Part shown: positions 20,757-31,442 of the stretch, one piece after another
Numbering within the stretch: position 1 is the stretch's first letter
How the letters are laid out: each line of letters begins with the position of its first letter
Assembly: GCF_012395255.1 (NCBI RefSeq)
Contig: NZ_JAAZQD010000002.1
Location: 453,929-517,928 of the forward strand
Source: Oleiagrimonas citrea
GTDB taxonomy: Bacteria > Pseudomonadota > Gammaproteobacteria > Xanthomonadales > Rhodanobacteraceae
Direction: 5' to 3'
Length of the DNA: 64,000 nt
The notes under the pieces: model-generated
Told to the model about the DNA's origin: nothing
The model's database searches: none
What the model saw: the letters and a program-made list of their open reading frames with translations, nothing else
Translations under genes and position numbers: made by a program

Positions 20757-20924
20757 GTGAACGTCCGCATCGTCAACATCATGCTGGCCACGGTCGCCGG
20801 ACTCGGCATCGTCGCACTGCTGTGCGTGCAGCGTGGCCGGCAAGTCCTTATGCAGCACATCGTCTGTGCGCCGCACGCGCGCTACGCTATCGTGCCTGTC
20901 CGTTCCGTCCGGATCCCAGCATGA
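20757..20924 (+). CDS. small hydrophobic protein/leader peptide (55 aa), putative
   Basis: GTG start after a GGGGAAG RBS. One TM-like helix (IVNIMLATVAGLGIVALLCV). High GC3. Its stop TGA overlaps the MFS ATG (ATGA). Confidence 0.3.
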   Translation: MNVRIVNIMLATVAGLGIVALLCVQRGRQVLMQHIVCAPHARYAIVPVRSVRIPA

Positions 20925-22177
20925 ACGCGCTTTCTCCGCACCGACGCCGCGCCGCGTTCGCCTTCATCTTCATCACCGTGCTGATCGACATCCTGTCGTT
21001 CGGCATCGTTATCCCCGTGCTGCCGCACCTGCTGGAGGAACTGACCGGCAGCATCGCGCACGCCGCAATCTGGGCCGGCGTGATCAGCACCATGTTCGCA
21101 GCCATCCAGTTCTTCTCCTCGCCGATCCAGGGCGCGCTGTCGGACCGCTTCGGGCGGCGTCCGGTGATTCTGCTGTCCAACCTCGGTCTCGGCATCGACT
21201 TCGCGCTGATGGCACTGGCGCCCTCGCTGTGGCTGCTGTTCATCGGCCGTGCGATGTCGGGCCTGACCGCCGCCAGCTTCAGCACCGCCAACGCCTACAT
21301 CGCCGACGTCACCCCCGCGGAAAAGCGCGCGGGCGTCTTCGGCATGCTGGGCGCGGCCTTCGGCATCGGCTTCGTGATCGGCCCGGCGCTGGGCGGCGTG
21401 CTCGGCGACATCGACATCCGCCTGCCGTTCTGGGTCGCCGCCGGGCTGGCCGTACTCAACTTCTGTTACGGCTACTTCGTGCTGCCCGAATCCCTGCCGC
21501 CGGAGAAACGCAGCCCGCGCTTCGACTTCAAGACCGCGCACCCGATCGGCACACTGAAGTTCCTCGGCCGCCATCCGCTGGTGCTGGGCCTGGCGATGCT
21601 GGTGTTCCTCAGCCAGCTGGCGCACTACGTACTGCAGAGCACCTTCGTGCTGTACACCGATTTCCGTTATGCGTGGGGGCCGCGCGAAGTGGGCTACGTG
21701 CTGGCGCTGGTCGGCATCTGCAGTGCCATCGTGCAGGCCTGGTTGACCGGAAAGCTGGCGCCGCGCCTGGGCGAACGACGCCTGCTGCTGTATGGCCTCG
21801 GCTTCGGCGCGCTCTCGCTGCTGATGATGGGGCTGGCCGCCTCGCCCTGGCTGCTGGTGGCGTCGATTCCGGTAATGGCACTGTGGGGTCTGGCCGAACC
21901 GGCCACGCAGTCGATGATGACGCAGCAGATCTCGCCGGAGGAGCAGGGCCGCCTGCAGGGTGCGCTGAGCAGTCTGATGGCGTTCGCCGGCATCTTCGGC
22001 CCGACGCTGTTCACGCAGATCTTCGCCTGGTCCATCCGCACCCCGCAGTACAAGCTGCCCGGCGCGGCCTTCCTGGTCGGCGCACTGATCCTCGCCGGCT
22101 GCGTGCTGTTCGCCTGGCGGCTGACCCGCCGCATCGCGGTCTCGCCCGCGCAGACCGCCGGGGAAAGCGCGGACTGA
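20921..22177 (+). CDS. MFS transporter (TCR/TetA-like drug:H+ antiporter family)
   Basis: 12 TM. MFS motif A (..[12 protein letters not shown]..). Start chosen at [15 protein letters not shown]. Confidence 0.85.
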   Translation: MNALSPHRRRAAFAFIFITVLIDILSFGIVIPVLPHLLEELTGSIAHAAIWAGVISTMFAAIQFFSSPIQGALSDRFGRRPVILLSNLGLGIDFALMALAPSLWLLFIGRAMSGLTAASFSTANAYIADVTPAEKRAGVFGMLGAAFGIGFVIGPALGGVLGDIDIRLPFWVAAGLAVLNFCYGYFVLPESLPPEKRSPRFDFKTAHPIGTLKFLGRHPLVLGLAMLVFLSQLAHYVLQSTFVLYTDFRYAWGPREVGYVLALVGICSAIVQAWLTGKLAPRLGERRLLLYGLGFGALSLLMMGLAASPWLLVASIPVMALWGLAEPATQSMMTQQISPEEQGRLQGALSSLMAFAGIFGPTLFTQIFAWSIRTPQYKLPGAAFLVGALILAGCVLFAWRLTRRIAVSPAQTAGESAD

Positions 22178-22329
22178 TTCGCAGAATCCGCCCGCGTTTC
22201 GCCTCATGCAGGCCGTTTCCGCGCCCGTTCAGCCTCGCATCGTAAGCATCGTGACCGGGCGGACCGGATTTGTCCCCGCCGCGCAGGATGCGCACCGGTC
22301 CGCTTCGTTCTCCACAGCGAGGTATCGGC

Positions 22330-22650
22330 ATGCAGAAGATTCGCATCGAGTGCATCATGGTCGGCGGCCCGGAACATGGCCGTACGCTGATCGTGCGTCA
22401 GGACGCGGCGCGTCCGCAGCGCCCGGCCATCGTGGCCATGGACGGCGAGCTGTGCCGTTGCGCGGCGCTGCGACGCACGCACAACGGCGTCACGCGCTGC
22501 CTGCTGGTGCATCCCCATGCCAGCGGCCGGCAGATGCGCGACATGCTGACGGCCTACCGCACCACCCCCACCCTGGCGCGATCACGGAACCAAGCCCGCT
22601 CGCGCCAGTCCAAATCGCTAACCACCCCCCACATGGGAATGTCCTCGTGA
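22330..22650 (+). CDS. hypothetical protein (106 aa)
   Basis: GAGGT RBS. High GC3. Stop overlaps the downstream GTG start (GTGA). Confidence 0.4.
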   Translation: MQKIRIECIMVGGPEHGRTLIVRQDAARPQRPAIVAMDGELCRCAALRRTHNGVTRCLLVHPHASGRQMRDMLTAYRTTPTLARSRNQARSRQSKSLTTPHMGMSS

Positions 22651-23492
22651 GCACTTCCAATCCGGCCAAATGGATCACCATGGGTCTGCTGGTCGTCGTC
22701 GTGGTCGCCGGCGGCGGCTACTACCTCGTGACGCATCGCGGCCACAAACCCGCACCCGAAAATCTTCCCGCACCGGCGGCCTCCACCGCACCCGCACCGG
22801 TCTCGACCGCGCCGCAGCACCCAATCAGCCAGGCGGTGGCGCCGGCCTCGGCAAGCACCGCACCGCTGCCTTCGCTGGACGACAGCGACAGCCTGGTGCA
22901 CGAGGCGGCGACCCGTTTCGGCGGCGACAAGGCCGCCGACCTGCTGACCGGCAAGGCGCTGATCCCGCACATCGTCGCCACCATCAACGCCCTGCCCGGG
23001 AGGCGTCTGCCGGCCAGCGTGCTGCCTGTGCACGCGCCGCGCGGCCACTTCACCGTGACCCAGGCCGATGGCAGCAGCGCCGTGATGGCCCCGACCAACG
23101 CGGCACGCTACGCGCCGTATGTCGACGCGCTGGAGAAGGCCGACACCGACCAGCTGGTGGCTTGGTATGTGCGCAACTACCCGCTGTTCGAGGAAGCCTG
23201 GCGTCAGCTCGGCTACCCGCAGAAGCACTTCAACGACCGTCTGGTGCAGGTGCTCGACCTGCTGCTGGCCACGCCTGATCCGGCGCAGCCGCCGTACCTG
23301 GAAGGCGCGGCCGGGGTGTACCGCTTCCAGAATCCGCAGCTGGAGAACCTCGCCGTCGGCCAGAAGATGCTGCTGCGCCTCGGTCCCGCGCGCGAAGCCA
23401 AGGTAAAGGCCAAGCTGCGCGCCATTCGCGCCGCCGTCACCGGGCAGCAGATGCCGGCCACCGAACCAGCTCCGTCCGCCAGCGCCGGCTGA
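22647..23492 (+). CDS. DUF3014-like membrane-anchored protein
   Basis: N-terminal TM helix, Pro/Ala-rich linker, conserved C-terminal domain. Start could be GTG 22647 or ATG 22680. Confidence 0.55.
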   Translation: MSTSNPAKWITMGLLVVVVVAGGGYYLVTHRGHKPAPENLPAPAASTAPAPVSTAPQHPISQAVAPASASTAPLPSLDDSDSLVHEAATRFGGDKAADLLTGKALIPHIVATINALPGRRLPASVLPVHAPRGHFTVTQADGSSAVMAPTNAARYAPYVDALEKADTDQLVAWYVRNYPLFEEAWRQLGYPQKHFNDRLVQVLDLLLATPDPAQPPYLEGAAGVYRFQNPQLENLAVGQKMLLRLGPAREAKVKAKLRAIRAAVTGQQMPATEPAPSASAG

Positions 23493-23559
23493 TCACTCCG
23501 CACGAATCGGACACGCGCCCCGCCCGTCGGGGCGCGCTCATGGGACAATAGCCGGCATC

Positions 23560-25677
23560 ATGCTCGACGATGCCACCAAGGACGCCATCCGCGCCGCCTA
23601 CGCGACACTGAAGACGGGTCTTCCCGGCTTCCGTACGCGGCGTTCGCAGGGCCGCATGGTGGCCGAAGTCGCCAAGGCGCTGGCCGAACCCGGCGGCGCG
23701 GCGGCCATCGAGGCGCCGACCGGCACCGGCAAATCCATGGCCTATCTGATCGCCGGCCACGCCGTCGCCCGCGCGCAGAAGCGCAAGCTGCTGATCGCCA
23801 GCGCCACCGTCGCGCTGCAGGAACAGCTGGTGCGCCGCGACATCCCGCAGTACCTCGCCGTGTGCGAGACCGAAGCGCGCGTGGCCCTGGCCAAGGGCCG
23901 CCAGCGCTACGTCTGCCCGCGCGATCTGCGCATGGCCACCAGCACCTCGGCCGACGATGCACAGGGTTCGCTCGGCCTCGGCGACGATCTCGCCGTATGG
24001 TCGCGCCCGCCCAAGGCCGAGGAAACCCGCGCGCTGGAAACCCTCGGCGCGACCTTCTCGGACGGCAGCTGGGACGGCGACATGGACGCCGCACCGGTGG
24101 AGATCCCGGACATGGTGCGGCGCATGGTCACCACCAGCGCCGGCGGCTGCACCGGCCGCCGCTGCGCGCACTTCCACCACTGCCCGTTCTTCGCCGCGCG
24201 CCGCGACGTGGCCGACGCCGACATCATCGTCGCCAACCAGGATCTGGTGCTGTCGGACCTGACCATGCCGCGCGAGGACGACGCCTGGGGCGGCGTGATC
24301 CTGCCGCGCCCGGACGAAACCCTGTACGTATTCGATGAAGCGCATCACATGCCGTCCAAGGCCGTCGAGCGCGGCGCGGCGTTCACCCATCTGACGCAGG
24401 CGGCCAACCAGCTGGTACGTCTGGACCGGCACGTGCGCGGCGCGTATTCGCACACCGAGAAGGAACGCCTCGGCGGCATGCACTACGAGCGCGGAAGCGA
24501 GCTGCTGGCCACGCTCGGCGACGCGCTGACAGCGATGGAGCGCGAGGTGAAGCTGCACTGGACGCCGGCCGCGCACGAGACCGAACCACAGTGGCGCGCC
24601 TCGCTGGGCGAACTGCCCGCGGCATGGATCGCGCAGGCGCAGTCGCTGATGCTGCAGACCGCCGAGATCCAGCGCTGGGTGCGCGCCGTGCGCGGCGCAG
24701 TCACCGAGATGGAGCACGCCGGTCCCGCCGGCGAACTGCTGGCGCGCGAGCTGGGCATCGCCCTGGAACGTCTCGGCCGTCAGCTATCGACCTGGACCGC
24801 GTGGTCGAACGACGATCCGTCCGACCAGCCGCCGCTGGCGCGCTGGGTCACGCTCGACCACGAACAGCAGGTCGTCTGCCACGCTTCGGCCGTGTCCGCC
24901 GCGCACTTGCTGCGCGAAGTGCTGTGGGAAAACGCCGCCGCCGCGGTGATGACCTCGGCCACGCTCAGCGCCGGCGGCCACTTCCGCGGCTTCGCCGACG
25001 CCGTCGGCCTGCCCGACGACGCGTTGACGCTAAGCCTGCCCTCGCCGTTCGACCTGGAACGCCAGGCCACGCTCGAAGTACCGCTGCTCGACATTCTTCC
25101 CGACAACCGCGAGGCGCACGCCGAGGCCGTCGCCGCCTGGCTGGAAACCGGCCTCGACTGGGACACCGGCAACCTGGTGCTGTTCACCTCGCGCATGAAG
25201 ATGCAGCGCGTGCTGCAGCTGCTGCCCATCGACAAGGTGCGCAAGATTCGCGCGCAGGGCAGCAAGGCCAAGTCGCAGCTGGTCGCCGATCACGCCGAGG
25301 CCATCGAAGCCGGTCAGGGCAGCACGCTGTTCGGACTGGCCTCGTTCGGCGAGGGCCTGGACCTGCCGGGCAAGCTGTGCGAAACCGTGGTCGTCACACA
25401 GCTGCCGTTCGCCGTGCCCACCGACCCGGTCGGCGCCACCTACGCCGAGTGGCTGGAAGCGCAGGGCCGCAACCCGTTCCTGGAAGTCAGCGTGCCCGAC
25501 GCCACGCGCCTGCTGACGCAGTACTGCGGCCGCCTGATCCGCACCGAAACCGACCACGGACGCATCGTGCTGCTGGACCGCCGCGTCATCGTGCGCCGCT
25601 ACGGCCAACGCATGCTCGCCGCGCTACCGCCGTTCGCGCGCATCATTGAGCATACGCGGCCCCAGACGACCGTCTGA
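23560..25677 (+). CDS. dinG: ATP-dependent DNA helicase, DinG/YoaA (Rad3-like) family
   Basis: Walker A (APTGTGKS), DEAH box (VFDEAHHM), four-Cys Fe-S cluster segment (C..C..C..HCPF), C-terminal helicase-C2 domain. Confidence 0.8.
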   Translation: MLDDATKDAIRAAYATLKTGLPGFRTRRSQGRMVAEVAKALAEPGGAAAIEAPTGTGKSMAYLIAGHAVARAQKRKLLIASATVALQEQLVRRDIPQYLAVCETEARVALAKGRQRYVCPRDLRMATSTSADDAQGSLGLGDDLAVWSRPPKAEETRALETLGATFSDGSWDGDMDAAPVEIPDMVRRMVTTSAGGCTGRRCAHFHHCPFFAARRDVADADIIVANQDLVLSDLTMPREDDAWGGVILPRPDETLYVFDEAHHMPSKAVERGAAFTHLTQAANQLVRLDRHVRGAYSHTEKERLGGMHYERGSELLATLGDALTAMEREVKLHWTPAAHETEPQWRASLGELPAAWIAQAQSLMLQTAEIQRWVRAVRGAVTEMEHAGPAGELLARELGIALERLGRQLSTWTAWSNDDPSDQPPLARWVTLDHEQQVVCHASAVSAAHLLREVLWENAAAAVMTSATLSAGGHFRGFADAVGLPDDALTLSLPSPFDLERQATLEVPLLDILPDNREAHAEAVAAWLETGLDWDTGNLVLFTSRMKMQRVLQLLPIDKVRKIRAQGSKAKSQLVADHAEAIEAGQGSTLFGLASFGEGLDLPGKLCETVVVTQLPFAVPTDPVGATYAEWLEAQGRNPFLEVSVPDATRLLTQYCGRLIRTETDHGRIVLLDRRVIVRRYGQRMLAALPPFARIIEHTRPQTTV

Positions 25678-25759
25678 AACCACAGCGCACGCCCGACCGC
25701 CCACGCCCGACCGCATCACCTAACCGCACGGCCATCCCAGCAGGACCGTCATCTCCGCA

Positions 25760-26060
25760 GAGCCGTCATCCCGGCGAACGCCGGGACCCAGCGCCTGCAC
25801 GCACCTCCACGAAAACGCTCGGTTCCGGCACGTGCCGGCATGAAGACCTTGGAGAACCAGCGCCACGAACCGCTGCGTCATACCGAACACACACGACAGC
25901 CGTCGACCACCTGACGCGCGCACGATCTTCCGCAGCCGCACAGCAAAAACCGGCATCCGGGCGCACACCGGAACCTGGCGCCTGCACGCGTCTTCACAAA
26001 AAGGCACTGGATTCCGGCGTGCGCCGGAATGACGACTGCGAAAACCCATGCGTCACGAAC
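25760..26060. repeat. REP-like palindromic elements (at least 2 units)
   Basis: Two related units containing ccggcacgtgccggcatga / ccggcgtgcgccggaatgac stem-loops in the dinG-nnrU intergenic region. Confidence 0.4.
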
Positions 26061-26144
26061 CGCGCATCATGTGGACGATGCCACACTGCCCATCTGCGCG
26101 TATCTCCTTATACTCGGAGATATAAACGCCAACGGATACCTGCG

Positions 26145-26723
26145 ATGACCCTGCTGATCCTCGGACTGATCCTGTTCCTCGGCATGCACAGCGTGCGCAT
26201 CTTTGCCGACGGCTGGCGCACGCGCATGATCGAACGTCTCGGCCCGATGCCGTGGAAGGCCATCTACGCGTTGATCTCGCTGCTCGGTTTCGTGCTGATT
26301 GTCTGGGGCTTCGGCCAGGCGCGGCTGCATCCCACGCTGCTGTACGCACCGCCGGCGATGCTGCGCCACCTCAACAGCCTGTTCACGCTGATCGCCTTCA
26401 TCCTCTTCGCCGCCGCGTACGTGCCTTCGAACCACTTCAAGGCCCGGCTCGGCCACCCGATGCTGCTGGGCGCGAAGGTCTGGGCCTTCGGCCACCTGCT
26501 CGCCATCGGCTTCCTGCGCGACGTGGTGCTGTTCGGCGCATTCCTGGCGTGGGCCATCGTCGCCTACATGGCCGCAAAGCGACGGGACCGCAAAGCCGGC
26601 GTCACCTATCCGGCCGGCACCGCGAAGGGCGACGTCATCACCGTGATCGCCGGCGTGATCGGCTGGGCGGTGTTCGCGTTCTGGCTGCACATGGCGTTGT
26701 TCGGCGTGAATCCGATGGGGTGA
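26145..26723 (+). CDS. NnrU family membrane protein
   Basis: 5-TM protein collinear with NnrU-family proteins. A palindrome lies just upstream. Confidence 0.75.
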   Translation: MTLLILGLILFLGMHSVRIFADGWRTRMIERLGPMPWKAIYALISLLGFVLIVWGFGQARLHPTLLYAPPAMLRHLNSLFTLIAFILFAAAYVPSNHFKARLGHPMLLGAKVWAFGHLLAIGFLRDVVLFGAFLAWAIVAYMAAKRRDRKAGVTYPAGTAKGDVITVIAGVIGWAVFAFWLHMALFGVNPMG

Positions 26724-26736
26724 TGTGTTCGCACGC

Positions 26737-27448
26737 TTACCGGGCAGGCAGGAACAATCGAACCACCGACGCCACCTGCTCGGGCTTGTCGTACGGAACG
26801 CCATGCCCCGCATTCGGAATCTGCGCAACGCGAATGCATGCATGCATCCGCTGCAGCGCATCGGCCATCTCGCTCGTCACGATGCCGGACTCGGCGGTGA
26901 TCAGCAGCGTCGGAATGTCGATGGCGCGGATCAGCTGGCGGTAGTCGGGATTCGGCGGGCGAAGCACTTCGAACGCTTCGATGCGTGTCCGCAATCGCGC
27001 ATCCGCAAGGTGGTCGATGATTTCCTGCGAAATCGCTGTCGAACACTTCGACCTGACGCTGCGCGCTCAGAAAGGTCGGGTCCACCAGAACCACACCGCG
27101 CAGCAGGGCGGAGGCGCGACTCGCCACGAGCGCTGCCGTCATGCCGCCCATGGAGTGTCCCACCAGGACCGGCGATGCCAGCTCGAGCGCCTGGATGAAT
27201 CCCATGACATCGCGGGCATGATCCTCGTATCCGTACCCGTGATCCGGCGCGCTCGAACCGCCGTGACCGCGGGCATCGGGCATCACCACGTCGTACGCAC
27301 TCTCCAGCGCACGCGCCACGGGCGTCCAACACGCTCCGCTACCGATCAACCCATGCAGCAGTACCAACGGCGGCTTGTCTCCACCGGTTCGCAGGTATTG
27401 GATATCGATGCCGTTTGCCTCGCAGACATCACGCATCCAATGCGGCAT
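26737..27448 (-). pseudogene. alpha/beta hydrolase, frameshifted
   Basis: N-terminal 2/3 (HGL.GS..W, GHSMGG nucleophile elbow) is in one frame to ~27040. The C-terminal third (..NAGHGVPYDKPE..) continues in another frame (26994-26737). Confidence 0.6.
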
Positions 27449-27519
27449 GAAGAGTCACCTGGCTGGATCGGATGGACTGGCGCGAAGCACTCTTTTCCAT
27501 GCAGGCGAAACGCTACGCA

Positions 27520-28044
27520 TCAGCGCGTCTTGCCATGCGTCTTCGGCTGGATGGGTTCGTGTCCGTAACTGAGAATGCGCGTCGCGCCCCACTTGTCCGA
27601 CGTTTGATGCCACACGATCAGGAACTGTGCTTCGCCGAAACACTTGTCGCTCTTGATCTCGCAGAACTTGTGCCGGCCCTGCTCGATCGCACCGTAGTTC
27701 TTGATCGGGAAGACTTCGAGAGTGCCGGGAATCAGTACGCGACGATAATGACCGCATACGTTCTTCTCCGTGTTGGCCATGTAGGCCTGGCGCGTCTAGG
27801 TCACGCCTCCCTTGTCGTGATAGAACTCCAGGTTCGGCGCCAGATAGCTCGCGTGCTTCTTCAGCTGCGCGGGCGAGCTGCAGTGGTTGAAGGAATCGAA
27901 CAAGCCGGCATCGAGTTTCGACACCGTGGCGTACAGGGACTGCTTCGCAGCGGCGGCACGGGCCTGCTGCGGTAAAGCAGCCATGACCGCGCTCGACAAG
28001 GCAAGCGTCAGAACGAAACACGTCACCGGTGTGCGTCTGTTCAC
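27520..28044 (-). pseudogene. NTF2-like (DUF4440/SnoaL-like) secreted protein interrupted by in-frame TAG
   Basis: GTG start after AAGGAG. Signal peptide. A single fold is split by an amber codon at 27797-27799 (..FYHDKGGVT*TRQAYMANTEK..). Confidence 0.55.
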
Positions 28045-28235
28045 GTCATTCTCCTTGGCATGAACCACCATCTTAACGTCTGCGCAGAACGACATGACGC
28101 CCGAACAGCGAGGACTTCCAACATGGATGTCCATACGGTTATTCAATCGCTCGCTGACACACCATGAGCACAAGCATGTGAACCCGCACCACGACCTTTG
28201 TACGGACGTGCACGCCTGGGTCCACCCGCCAGAAA

Positions 28236-29435
28236 TCAGTCCACGCGACCACCCAGCTCGACGAGCTTCCGACGATAGTTCTCGACTTCGCCATAGCCGG
28301 TCTCGACGGCAAGACGATAGGCACGCCGGTATTCGGCGAGCGCTTCGGATTTGCGTCCGGCCTTCTCGTAGGCGCTGGCCAGCCAGGCGTTGTTCCGCGG
28401 ATAGCGGTTGTCGGCATAGGCCTTGGCATTGCGCCGAAGCACGGCAATCGCCGCTTCGTAGCGGCCCTGCTGCATCAGCTGCAGTCCCAACGGTACATAG
28501 ATTTCCTGCGCCTGCCGCGCTGCCGCGCCGTACTTGTCCTGGATCATGTGTTCATGGGCCAGAAAGGCGTCGGTCGAGAAATGGTCGATGATTCCCTGCG
28601 GCAACCGCAGGTCGGCGAAGATGAACTTCACGCCGCGGTAGAAGATTCTGAGCGGCGCGGACATGTGACCTTCGCCATCGAATTCCCGGTACCCCACACG
28701 CACATTCGACGGACGCGCCGCCTTCACCGCATCGACAAAGCGCTTCAGCTCCTGGCGCATGCCCTGGCCATCCTCGGCACCGATACCGAAATACAGCGAG
28801 GTCTTCAGCTTCGGATGCGTCTCGAGAAAGGGACCGACCTCCTTCGTCATTTCCTCGTGGTTCCACCACAGCGCCGGCGACATGACGATCTCGGCACCGA
28901 ACAGCTTCGGCGCCTTCATCCATGCATAGACGCAGAACAGTCCACCGAGAGAATGTCCGGCGAGCACCCGGTAACCATTCGTGCGGTAGTGCTTTTCGAC
29001 GAAAGGAATCACCTCGTCCCGGAGATGCGCCAGCAGCTTCGCGGCATCGCCGCTCTGCGGATTTCCCGCCATACGCGACGGCGTCATGTCCAGCGTGCGG
29101 TCGACACTCTTGAGACCGACCAGGATCACCGGCGGCATGTCCCCGGAACGCACCAGCACATCGCGGGTACCAGCCGCGTGGCGGATGTTCTGCATGCCGT
29201 CCAGTAGATAGATCACCGGGTAACGCGCCTTGGATGTGTCGTAGCCGTCGGGCACCGAAACCAGAATCGTGCGCTCGTCGCCCAGCGCCGCCGAGGCGAG
29301 GTGAAATTCCTTCGCCAGCGTCAGCCGGCCCGCTGCCTTTACCGGGACCACTGGAGCCGCTCGCGCTGTCGCCCACAGACCGGCAAGAACAAGTACGACG
29401 AGAAAATGGAACGAAACGAAGTAACGCTTTCCCAT
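28236..29435 (-). CDS. esterase (enterochelin/putative-esterase fold) with C-terminal TPR-like region
   Basis: Signal peptide. GHSLGG serine-hydrolase motif. GGGAG RBS. Confidence 0.75.
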   Translation of the reverse strand: MGKRYFVSFHFLVVLVLAGLWATARAAPVVPVKAAGRLTLAKEFHLASAALGDERTILVSVPDGYDTSKARYPVIYLLDGMQNIRHAAGTRDVLVRSGDMPPVILVGLKSVDRTLDMTPSRMAGNPQSGDAAKLLAHLRDEVIPFVEKHYRTNGYRVLAGHSLGGLFCVYAWMKAPKLFGAEIVMSPALWWNHEEMTKEVGPFLETHPKLKTSLYFGIGAEDGQGMRQELKRFVDAVKAARPSNVRVGYREFDGEGHMSAPLRIFYRGVKFIFADLRLPQGIIDHFSTDAFLAHEHMIQDKYGAAARQAQEIYVPLGLQLMQQGRYEAAIAVLRRNAKAYADNRYPRNNAWLASAYEKAGRKSEALAEYRRAYRLAVETGYGEVENYRRKLVELGGRVD

Positions 29436-29674
29436 GGAAACTCCCTGACCTGCTGCGGACAGGTCCGACATCCCGATGCAACCAGGCCGCGCACACTCGC
29501 TTGCAGCACGACTCCGTCCGCATTCGGGGAAACCCGTCAAAAAAACCGTTCGCCCGAAGGGCCAACGGTCGTATAGATGCCATCAAGCAGGAAAAGGTTT
29601 GCACCCGCCACACGCGACCGCATTGCGATACGCGTCGCCGTCCAGGTCATTCTCTTATTTCCCAAGAAAACTCC

Positions 29675-29810
29675 CCCGGGGAGGCGTCGACAGCACCTCC
29701 TGTGCTGACAACGAACTGGCGCACATCCCTGTGCCCCCTGGAGGCCTGATCCCCCGCCCCCCGACGCTACCGAATGGGATGGAGTTGCAGACCCGGACCT
29801 CACGGCACGA
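29675..29810 (+). repeat. partial copy (A) of the island-associated structured repeat
   Basis: ~80% identical to the 3' half of copies B/C, including the cagcacctcctgtgctg hairpin and the ggcgcacatccctgtgc hairpin. Confidence 0.5.
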
Positions 29811-30041
29811 ATTAATTGCCTCCGCTCCCTCTTCCTTTTGCCACTTTTTCCAATCGGACAAGACTCATTCGAGCTAAAGCAGGCCTGCTGAAACGGACGT
29901 TTCCGAATGCTTCCATCCGCCCATGTCGGGGCTCGAATGTCTCGACATGGGCTTCGCGTATCATGTCAATCCGACACGGCTTGTCGTGCACCTCGCACCA
30001 TCAAGCACATGGACCTCACTCATCAACCAGAAAGGAATCGT

Positions 30042-31316
30042 ATGAAGCACCCTCACTTTGCGGGCCTGCTCGCCGCGGGTTTGCTCATGACCTTATCTTC
30101 CGTGTCCGCATCGGCCACCGACATCTCCATCCAGCAGGATGTGAACGGACAAGCGCTACGCATCGTTGCATCGAAGGACCAGTACGCAGGCGCTATATAT
30201 TCAGTCACCTATCGAGGCACTGAATACATCGATCACTACGATCATGGTCGAGAGCTGCAATCGGCTTCGTCTTTCGATGGCCTGGGCGAATGCTTCAATC
30301 CCACGGAAGCGGGATCCAGCAAAGACGGCACCGGTTCCTCAAGTACGTCGATACTGATAAGCGCCTACGCTTCAGGCAACACACTTCAGACCACCAACAA
30401 CATGGCGTTCTGGATCTACCCAGGATCGAACTATGTCAATAGCTGTGGGCAAATGTGGTATGTAAGCCCTTTGTCTGGGCACATCTTCAGCAAAACCGTA
30501 ACGATCGGGTACCAGGGCATACCTAACCTCATACGCTACAGCGCCTCGTTCACTCCTGCTGAAAACCACAACAGCGCCACCTTCGAGGCGGCGACAGGCT
30601 ACATGCCCCCCAGCTTTTCCCAATTTCTCGCCTATAACCCCAAGACACGACATCTCAGTGTCTTGTCTGACGGCCCGGGCGAGCAAGCCACGCCCGTGAT
30701 CTTGGCCACCACGAATGGCCTTAACGCCATGGGAGTCATATCACCCGGGCTACCTCAAGCCTCATATCCGAACCTAGGCTATGGGCGATTCCGTTTCCCC
30801 AGTACCACGAAATGGAACTGCGTCTATCGAGCAACGAATATCCTCGCAGGCGATACCTACACCTACAACTGCTTCATTGCCATCGGCACCGTCGACGAGG
30901 TCATGGCTGCCGAAAACCGGCTGGTACAAAGTACAAGCCAACCCTCTCCGTTGTTCCGCTTCTATAACGGAAAAGATCATTTACTGACCGCGATCTATAC
31001 GGAAGGCGCCAGTGCGGGCTACCAATTCGAGGGCACGACAATGCATGTCTATCCGAATGCCATCGATAGCGGCATGGAACCCATATACCGTTGCCGCGAG
31101 GGCAACCACGATCACTTCCTGTCGACGCGTCAAGACTGCGAGGGACAACGCTACGAAGGTCAGTATGGATTCATTTCCAGCCATTCGCGCCCCGGCTACA
31201 GTGCCTTGTACCGACTTTACAACTCATCCGTGGGCGACCATATGTCGACCACCAATCCCGATGAAGGCACTAACCACGGCTATCGGGTGGAAGGCATCCT
31301 CGGCTACGTCAATTAG
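30042..31316 (+). CDS. secreted protein of unknown function with three C-terminal YR-YN..DH..TT..GY..EG repeats
   Basis: AAGGAA RBS and signal peptide. ~52% GC. Three ~35-aa repeats of the type LFRFYNGKDHLLTAIYTEGASAGYQFEG. Confidence 0.65.
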   Translation: MKHPHFAGLLAAGLLMTLSSVSASATDISIQQDVNGQALRIVASKDQYAGAIYSVTYRGTEYIDHYDHGRELQSASSFDGLGECFNPTEAGSSKDGTGSSSTSILISAYASGNTLQTTNNMAFWIYPGSNYVNSCGQMWYVSPLSGHIFSKTVTIGYQGIPNLIRYSASFTPAENHNSATFEAATGYMPPSFSQFLAYNPKTRHLSVLSDGPGEQATPVILATTNGLNAMGVISPGLPQASYPNLGYGRFRFPSTTKWNCVYRATNILAGDTYTYNCFIAIGTVDEVMAAENRLVQSTSQPSPLFRFYNGKDHLLTAIYTEGASAGYQFEGTTMHVYPNAIDSGMEPIYRCREGNHDHFLSTRQDCEGQRYEGQYGFISSHSRPGYSALYRLYNSSVGDHMSTTNPDEGTNHGYRVEGILGYVN

Positions 31317-31365
31317 CGTATCGGCGAGACCGGATACAACAAGGATCGCGGCACGTTCATGAGAT

Positions 31366-31396
31366 AAAAAAAGCCGCCCGGAAACCGGGCGGCTCA
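31366..31396. terminator. bidirectional intrinsic terminator
   Basis: Hairpin gccgcccgg-aaa-ccgggcggc flanked by an A-run on the plus strand, T7 on the minus strand. Sits between convergent genes. Confidence 0.6.
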
Positions 31397-31442
31397 AGGC
31401 GCGTCCTGCGCCGGAGACGGGTGTCGGCATCGACGCCGCATC

